7,107 nt of DNA, taken from assembly GCA_022560555.1 (NCBI GenBank), contig JADFSZ010000089.1, positions 1 through 7,107 on the forward strand, read 5' to 3'. The notes beneath the pieces were generated by a model. That model did not search any database. It was not told where the DNA came from and saw only the letters and a program-made list of their open reading frames with translations. The position numbers were made by a program, and so were the translations under genes. This stretch comes from PVC group bacterium (GTDB lineage Bacteria > GCA-001730085 > JADFSZ01). Below, one piece after another: positions 1 through 4,000 of this stretch. Numbering within the stretch: the stretch's first letter is position 1; each line of letters opens with the position of its first letter.

Positions 1-276
1 AGAGCGGTACTTCTTTGTGATGAGGATGTGATCCGGGCCCATCATTTACCGCCATCGCTTCAGACGGCAGAAACAACCCACACGCAATTTCAAAGAAAGG
101 GCCTTGTTCGGTATTTGGACAACATTGAAAAGGAAATGATCATTGAAACCCTTAAAAAGGTCAAGGGGCACCAAAAAAATGCTGCGAAAGAGCTTGATCT
201 CACCGAACGGATGTTGGGGTACAAGATCAAAAAACATAATATTCAATCCCGTCTTTATCGAAAAGCTTCCACATAG
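1..276 (+). CDS. 3' end (C-terminal 91 aa) of a sigma-54-dependent transcriptional activator (bacterial enhancer-binding protein, NtrC/Fis family). The 5' part lies upstream of the window.
   Basis: Frame 1 is open from base 1 to TAG 274-276: RAVLLCDEDVIRAHHLPPSLQ...LVRYLDNIEKEMIIETLKKVKGHQKNAAKELDLTERMLGYKIKKHNIQ. An AAA+ domain tail (RAVLL.D..I....LP) followed by a Fis-type helix-turn-helix is the standard bEBP C-terminus. 91 aa cannot show whether this is NtrC itself or another bEBP. Confidence 0.85.
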   Translation, partial: RAVLLCDEDVIRAHHLPPSLQTAETTHTQFQRKGLVRYLDNIEKEMIIETLKKVKGHQKNAAKELDLTERMLGYKIKKHNIQSRLYRKAST

Positions 277-290
277 TTTTTTCATCCTAC

Positions 291-308
291 AATTACAAAA
301 ATGTGGTT
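291..308. promoter_or_regulatory. Dyad site A (AATTACA-AAAA-TGTGGTT), candidate enhancer/UAS for the promoter at 371-386
   Basis: 7-4-7 imperfect inverted repeat with an ACA-N4-TGT core. The left arm is identical to site B. The centre lies about 97 bp upstream of the predicted start (~397) of the 371-386 promoter. Confidence 0.35.
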
Positions 309-370
309 TTGAGAGACCTGCTGATTTAAGAATTCCATAAATTTCATATTGAGCCCCATATATTTGCGTA

Positions 371-386
371 TGGCATATCGATTGCA
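371..386 (+). promoter_or_regulatory. Sigma-54 (-24/-12) promoter P1, with no annotated gene downstream
   Basis: TGGCAT-ATCGA-TTGCA. GG at 372-373 and GC at 384-385 have the exact consensus spacing (TGGCAC-N5-TTGCW). Predicted start is near 397. Confidence 0.6.
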
Positions 387-641
387 GAGTTTCAGACAAT
401 CTTTAAGTAGTGATTCTACGCTTTTATGCCATGAAAGGAAATATTGAGAAATCAAAATACATTTATCTTAACGTTTGAGCTTTTAGATGGACATACCTAC
501 TTATTTTGTCTCAATGCCAGCCGGAATATCAATTATAAAATTCCTCAACACTCAGTAATAACCCCCCGGACAACCCGTTCAATGATGTTCAGAGAAGAAC
601 GGACATGGACCCTGAAAAGTTTGTTTGTGAGGGTGTCATAA

Positions 642-659
642 AATTACATAATTGTAATT
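642..659. promoter_or_regulatory. Dyad site B (AATTACA-TAAT-TGTAATT), candidate bEBP upstream activating sequence for P2
   Basis: Perfect 7-bp inverted arms with a 4-bp spacer. The centre (650.5) is about -140 relative to the predicted P2 start (~791). Confidence 0.45.
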
Positions 660-671
660 AATCTATTAAAA

Positions 672-689
672 ATAGACAAAAATGTAATT
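672..689. promoter_or_regulatory. Dyad site C (ATAGACA-AAAA-TGTAATT), candidate second UAS for P2
   Basis: Same ACA-AAAA-TGT core, and the right arm is identical to site B. The centre (680.5) is about -110 from the P2 start and 30 bp (about three helical turns) from site B. Confidence 0.4.
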
Positions 690-764
690 TAATGCCGAAA
701 TTCACCCCGAATAAAAAACACCCTAAGTATTTGAAATGAAAAGAGATAAAATACTTTCTAGCTT

Positions 765-779
765 TGGCATATTGTTTGC
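765..779 (+). promoter_or_regulatory. Sigma-54 (-24/-12) promoter P2 for the outer-membrane protein gene
   Basis: TGGCAT-ATTGT-TTGC(G), with GG at 766-767 and GC at 778-779 at consensus spacing. Predicted start is ~791, giving a leader of ~150 nt before ATG 939. Confidence 0.7.
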
Positions 780-938
780 GAAAAGAGTTATTCAAAATTT
801 ATTGGTTTCCCAAAAAATGGCTGACTTTATCAAAGGAGGTGATGATAGCTCGAAGTTATACAAGCAAAGCCCGCCGCTCGGAAAACATCAACAGGAAAAC
901 TTTGCAAACAATGCTTATCCCTTCAAAGGAGAATAACG

Positions 939-1736
939 ATGAATCGATTACAAAAATGTCTTTCAGGCCTATGCTTTGGTGTAGTATTGGTTACTGCTTC
1001 AGACGCTTATGCTCTTGAATTGTCAGAGCAAACCATGGATGTCACAGTCTCCAACGCTTATGTTAGTCAGTATCTTTGGAGAGGTTATGACCTCCATACA
1101 GACAACATGGGCTATCAACCCAGTATAGATCTGACATTCCCGGAGTTGTTCTATGGGATTGATCTTTCCTTAAACTGGTGGGCTTCCTTTCCGTTGTCCA
1201 AAGGGAATGAGACGGCGAAAGAAATAGATTACTCAGTAACGTTATCACGGGATATTATTGATCAAATCAACCTCTCAGCTGGTTGGATTTACTATGATTT
1301 TTTCGTGCAAGATAGCGGGATCGCGGATGTGCACGAATTTTGGGGATCTCTCACATGGACGCTGCCGTTGGATATTTCAACAACAATTTCCACAACAGGA
1401 ACCGCCTATTATGATTTCCCTCATGAAGAATCCGGACCGGAAAACGGATGGTTTTTTGCGTGGAGCATTGATCTCGATACACCTCTGCCGGATTGGGTTG
1501 TTTTCCAGGAAGAACAGACCATCTCATATGGTGTTGTGATCTGGAGCACGGATGGTGTTGCCGGGACAGATCCAGCTTATTTCTATTCCTACGATCTATA
1601 TGCTGCCACAAGTTATACAGTTGGAGAATACGTCACAATCAATCCGAGTGTGCACTATGTTCTAATAAATGAAACGTCCATCAACACCGAAGACGATGAA
1701 TTCTGGACGGGTGTGACTTTGGATGTGGCGTTTTAG
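939..1736 (+). CDS. Secreted beta-barrel outer-membrane protein, probably Gcw_chp / TorF-family putative porin (TIGR02001/PF09694-like); function unknown
   Basis: RBS AAGGAG at 926-931, 7 nt before the ATG. Signal peptide MNRLQKCLSGLCFGVVLVTASDAYA with an AYA|L cleavage site. About 12-14 alternating amphipathic strands (MDVTVSNAYV, SIDLTF, IDLSLNWWASF, EIDYSVTL, NLSAGWIYYDF, FWGSLTWTL, WFFAWSIDL, ISYGVVIW, YDLYAATSYTV, VTINPSVHYVL). The C-terminal beta-signal is FWTGVTLDVAF, ending in Phe. The mature N-terminal pattern S.AYVSQYLWRG...YQPSIDL, then EIDY and GWIYYDF, matches my memory of the Gcw_chp family profile (S.Y.fRG...Q..ld, E.D.y, G.iyY.y). The CDS call is strong; the family call is moderate. 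Confidence 0.8.
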   Translation: MNRLQKCLSGLCFGVVLVTASDAYALELSEQTMDVTVSNAYVSQYLWRGYDLHTDNMGYQPSIDLTFPELFYGIDLSLNWWASFPLSKGNETAKEIDYSVTLSRDIIDQINLSAGWIYYDFFVQDSGIADVHEFWGSLTWTLPLDISTTISTTGTAYYDFPHEESGPENGWFFAWSIDLDTPLPDWVVFQEEQTISYGVVIWSTDGVAGTDPAYFYSYDLYAATSYTVGEYVTINPSVHYVLINETSINTEDDEFWTGVTLDVAF

Positions 1737-1757
1737 ACGAGAAGCAGACCCTGAATA

Positions 1758-1775
1758 TAATACGAAAATGTTCCT
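1758..1775. promoter_or_regulatory. Dyad site D (TAATACG-AAAA-TGTTCCT), a weak copy of the candidate UAS
   Basis: ACG-AAAA-TGT core, with arms matching the site B arms at 4/7 each. It lies 31 bp upstream of site E, the same spacing as the B/C pair. The centre is about -195 from the predicted P3 start (~1962). Confidence 0.25.
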
Positions 1776-1788
1776 AAATAAATCCATA

Positions 1789-1806
1789 AAATACAAAAAT
1801 GTTATA
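1789..1806. promoter_or_regulatory. Dyad site E (AAATACA-AAAA-TGTTATA), candidate UAS for P3
   Basis: It contains the exact 10-mer ACAAAAATGT also present in sites A and C. The centre is about -165 from the predicted P3 start. Confidence 0.4.
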
Positions 1807-1881
1807 TTTTAAGATAAAAACTGTTAATAGGGTTTCAAGAACAAAGGATGAAAACGAAGGTGTCATAGAGGTATAAATAGC

Positions 1882-1901
1882 TGATATGAAAAATGATATG
1901 A
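1882..1901 (+). repeat. Tandem direct repeat TGATATGA-AAAA-TGATATGA between the candidate UAS and P3
   Basis: Exact 8-mer at 1882-1889 and 1894-1901 (12-bp period), about 35-55 bp upstream of the -24 element of P3. Confidence 0.3.
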
Positions 1902-1935
1902 CTTTTTCTGAATCAGCGGTCTCTCAAATGATTTT

Positions 1936-1951
1936 TGGTATGTTTGTTGCA
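1936..1951 (+). promoter_or_regulatory. Sigma-54 (-24/-12) promoter P3 for amtB-glnK
   Basis: TGGTAT-GTTTG-TTGCA, with GG at 1937-1938 and GC at 1949-1950 at consensus spacing. There is one deviation (T for C after GG). Predicted start is ~1962, 57 nt before the amtB ATG. Confidence 0.65.
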
Positions 1952-2018
1952 TTAAGGACAAAGGCGATTCTCGTCCGAAAATCGCATGCTAACAATCACA
2001 ACAAAGGAGGAAAAGAAA

Positions 2019-3341
2019 ATGGTTAAAAAGTTGTTATGCCTTTTCTTTGCAGTCGGATTTGTTCTTGCTCAATCGACTGTTGGTTTTGCCGAAGAAGCAA
2101 GTGTTGCAGCACAGGCGATGTTTACCGTGAATAATACTTGGATGCTGGTAGCGACATTTCTCGTTTTTATCATGCATCTTGGATTCGCGACGCTTGAAGC
2201 AGGCTTAACTCAAGCCAAAAATACCGTCAATATTTTGTTCAAAAATACATCTATCATTGCCATCGGATTGTTGACCTACGCTATTTGTGGCTTTAATCTG
2301 ATGTATCCGGGCGATTTTTCGATAGGACAGTTTTTCGGATTTTCCGGTTTTGGTATCGCAAGCCCTGAAGGAGCTGCGGGCCTGATCGAATATGCGGATG
2401 GGAATTACACGTACTGGACAGACTTTCTGTTTCAGGCGATGTTTGCCGCGACGGCCGCGACGATTGTTTCCGGAGCGGTTGCCGAACGTATCAAACTCTC
2501 AAGTTTTCTTATTTTCACTACCATTTACGTTGGTCTTGTTTATCCGATTGTCGGCAGTTGGAAATGGGGCGGCGGCTGGCTTGACCAAATGGGATTTTAT
2601 GATTTTGCGGGTTCCACCCTTGTGCATTCCGTTGGGGGTTGGGCCGCTCTGGTTGGTGTCATTCTCTTAGGTCCGCGTCTCGGTAAATACTTTAAAGGAG
2701 GGATTCGTCCCATTCTGGGTCATAATCTTCCTTTAGTTACCATTGGTGTGTTTCTCCTTTGGCTAGGATGGTTCGGTTTTAACGGTGGATCCGTTCTTTC
2801 GGCTGATCCCGGACTTGTTTCTCTTGTATTCGTAACAACGAGTTTGGCGGCGGCTGCCGGTATCATCGGCGCCATGATCACAAGCTGGATTGCACAAAAA
2901 AAGCCGGATTTAACAATGATCCTTAACGGATGTTTGGCCGGATTAGTCGGAATTACAGCCGGAGCCGATACGGTTACCGTTTGTTCAGCTGCCATTATTG
3001 GAGGCATTGCCGGTGTGATTGTTGTTTTTTCTGTCATTTTCTTTGATCGCATAAAAATTGATGATCCGGTCGGGGCCATCTCTGTCCACTTAGTTTGTGG
3101 AATTTGGGGAACTCTCGCTGTTGGGATTTTCAGTACAAATCCGGACCATAGCTTTATGACTCAGCTAATCGGTGTTGCCGCGTATGGAGCATTTTGTCTC
3201 GCATCAGCCTTTGCGATTTTCGGTGGTCTTAAAGCTGTTATGGGAATACGCGTCACTGAAATCGAAGAGCGCCAGGGCTTGGATATCTCAGAACACGGAA
3301 TGGAAGCTTATGGTGGTTTTCAGATTTTTACCACACAGTAA
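2019..3341 (+). CDS. amtB: Ammonium transporter AmtB (Amt/MEP/Rh family)
   Basis: I prefer ATG 2019 over the ORF-track start 1986. AAGGAGG at 2004-2010 sits 8 nt upstream of 2019, and the product then begins with a signal peptide (MVKKLLCLFFAVGFVLAQSTVGFA), as E. coli AmtB does. Family hallmarks are present: SWKWGGGWL (Trp of the NH4+ site), DFAGSTLVHSVGGWAALVG (Asp and first pore His), LGWFGFNGGS (Phe gate/Ser), AISVHLVCGIWGTL (second pore His), and the C-terminal LDISEHGMEAYG. Confidence 0.95.
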   Translation: MVKKLLCLFFAVGFVLAQSTVGFAEEASVAAQAMFTVNNTWMLVATFLVFIMHLGFATLEAGLTQAKNTVNILFKNTSIIAIGLLTYAICGFNLMYPGDFSIGQFFGFSGFGIASPEGAAGLIEYADGNYTYWTDFLFQAMFAATAATIVSGAVAERIKLSSFLIFTTIYVGLVYPIVGSWKWGGGWLDQMGFYDFAGSTLVHSVGGWAALVGVILLGPRLGKYFKGGIRPILGHNLPLVTIGVFLLWLGWFGFNGGSVLSADPGLVSLVFVTTSLAAAAGIIGAMITSWIAQKKPDLTMILNGCLAGLVGITAGADTVTVCSAAIIGGIAGVIVVFSVIFFDRIKIDDPVGAISVHLVCGIWGTLAVGIFSTNPDHSFMTQLIGVAAYGAFCLASAFAIFGGLKAVMGIRVTEIEERQGLDISEHGMEAYGGFQIFTTQ

Positions 3342-3375
3342 TGACTAAAAATCAAGCGATATAAGGAGATAAAAA

Positions 3376-3717
3376 ATGAAACTGATCATTGCGTTAATAC
3401 AACCATACAAGCTTTCAGATGTGAAGGAGGCGCTTCGCAGTAACGACATCACGAAGATGACTGTAACAAATGCTCTTGGGTGTGGACAGCAGGCGGGTTA
3501 TGAAGAAGAGTATCGTGGCGTTATCTATGAAGTTAATTTGCTGAAGAAAGTTCGGATTGAAATTGCCGTAACGGATGAATTTGTTCAGAAAACCATTGAT
3601 GCCATCATCCAAGGCGCAAAAACAGGCAAAATCGGTGACGGAAAAATCTTTGTTATGGATTTGACTGATTGTATCCGTATCCGGACAGGAGATCGCGGCG
3701 AAGAAGCGATTGGATAA
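3376..3717 (+). CDS. glnK: PII nitrogen regulatory protein GlnK
   Basis: RBS AAGGAG at 3363-3368. The 113-aa product aligns without gaps to E. coli GlnK: MKLI..I.P.KL.DVKEAL, T-loop [17 protein letters not shown] (Gln39, Tyr46, Arg47, Tyr51 retained), Lys58, [17 protein letters not shown]. It starts 34 nt after the amtB stop, so the two are probably co-transcribed. Confidence 0.95.
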   Translation: MKLIIALIQPYKLSDVKEALRSNDITKMTVTNALGCGQQAGYEEEYRGVIYEVNLLKKVRIEIAVTDEFVQKTIDAIIQGAKTGKIGDGKIFVMDLTDCIRIRTGDRGEEAIG

Positions 3718-3783
3718 AGCGTGAAATAAAAATCGGATTTACCCAACTTGTCATATGATAAAATCTGAAAGAATACGTACGAT

Positions 3784-3833
3784 GAGCTCTGATGTTATCC
3801 CTTTTAGAGGGGGCTTCAGAGCTCTCGTTTTAT
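3784..3833 (+). terminator. Probable rho-independent terminator of amtB-glnK
   Basis: Perfect 9-bp arms GAGCTCTGA (3784-3792) and TCAGAGCTC (3816-3824) enclose an inner CCCT...AGGG mini-hairpin. The tail is TCGTTTTAT. The loop is long (23 nt) and the U-tract is short, so confidence is moderate. Confidence 0.5.
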
Positions 3834-3918
3834 CCTGAGTCTAATTAGTTTATAATTACTTCTAAAATAAGAACTTGCATATATCAAATTCTTCATCCCC
3901 AGCTTCCTTATATATTAC

Positions 3919-3947
3919 TTGAAATATAGTTACTATTGCGTTAAACT
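3919..3947 (+). promoter_or_regulatory. Sigma-70-like promoter candidate for gltB
   Basis: TTGAAA (3919-3924), a 17-bp spacer, then TAAACT (3942-3947), about 54 bp upstream of the gltB ATG. No -24/-12 element is present in 3718-4000. This is a pattern match only. Confidence 0.35.
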
Positions 3948-4000
3948 TTTCCTCAATTTGTGTATACTGATGGTTATTTTATCCAATGAGAGGATTCCGC

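Noticed and set aside
46-399. 117-aa ORF on the minus strand
   Set aside because: It is antisense to the well-supported bEBP C-terminus and runs into the intergenic region. It has no RBS and no recognisable sequence features, so it is a shadow ORF.
574-620. CGTTCA...GAACGGAC resemblance to the glutamine (glnA RNA) riboswitch
   Set aside because: Only the P1-like CGTTC/GAACG pairing is shared. The conserved core I recall (ACGGAAGUAGG / GAAGGAACG) is absent. Needs cmscan to exclude formally.
632-640. 9-mer GGTGTCATA shared between the P2 upstream region (632-640) and the P3 upstream region (1859-1867); TGTCATA also looks like a Pho-box half-site
   Set aside because: A single shared 9-mer between regions of ~600 and ~280 bp is about what chance predicts. 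The distances to the two promoters differ (134 versus 78 bp). No second Pho half-site lies at the 11-bp period.
444-641. 65-aa ORF (TTG start) downstream of promoter P1
   Set aside because: It has a non-ATG start, only a weak AAGGAA 4 nt upstream, and no recognisable motif, signal or transmembrane segment. It is kept only as an alternative explanation in the P1 finding and is not called as a CDS.
634-648. NifA-type UAS (TGT-N10-ACA)
   Set aside because: The only near match is TGT-N9-ACA (TGTcataaaattACA), which has the wrong spacing. No TGT-N10-ACA was found in 277-938 or 1737-2018.
630-724. Long-range inverted repeat AGGGTGT (630-636) / ACACCCT (718-724) bracketing the AT-rich dyad region
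   Set aside because: It has 7-bp arms 81 nt apart. Many such pairs are expected by chance in a 660-bp region, and there is no supporting structure.
736-1018. ORFs 736-936 and 764-1018 on the + strand
   Set aside because: Both begin upstream of or across the sigma-54 promoter P2 and its predicted start (~791), so their 5' ends would not be transcribed from it. The second overlaps the well-supported start of the outer-membrane protein gene out of frame.
1964-1985. Small hairpin GCGATT-N10-AATCGC at the 5' end of the predicted amtB leader
   Set aside because: It is a 6-bp stem with no U-tract and no similarity to a known element. It is plausibly just a stabilising 5' stem-loop and not worth a separate call.
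1986-2018. Upstream ATG (1986) given as the amtB start in the ORF track
   Set aside because: It has no SD and lies only ~24 nt from the predicted transcription start. ATG 2019 has a perfect AAGGAGG, and the product then begins directly with a signal peptide.
2392-3612. Alternative-frame and minus-strand ORFs inside amtB and glnK (2392-2670 +, 2720-3079 -, 3415-3612 -)
   Set aside because: They are fully embedded in strongly supported genes and have low-complexity Pro/Arg/Ala-rich or otherwise featureless translations. They are shadow ORFs.
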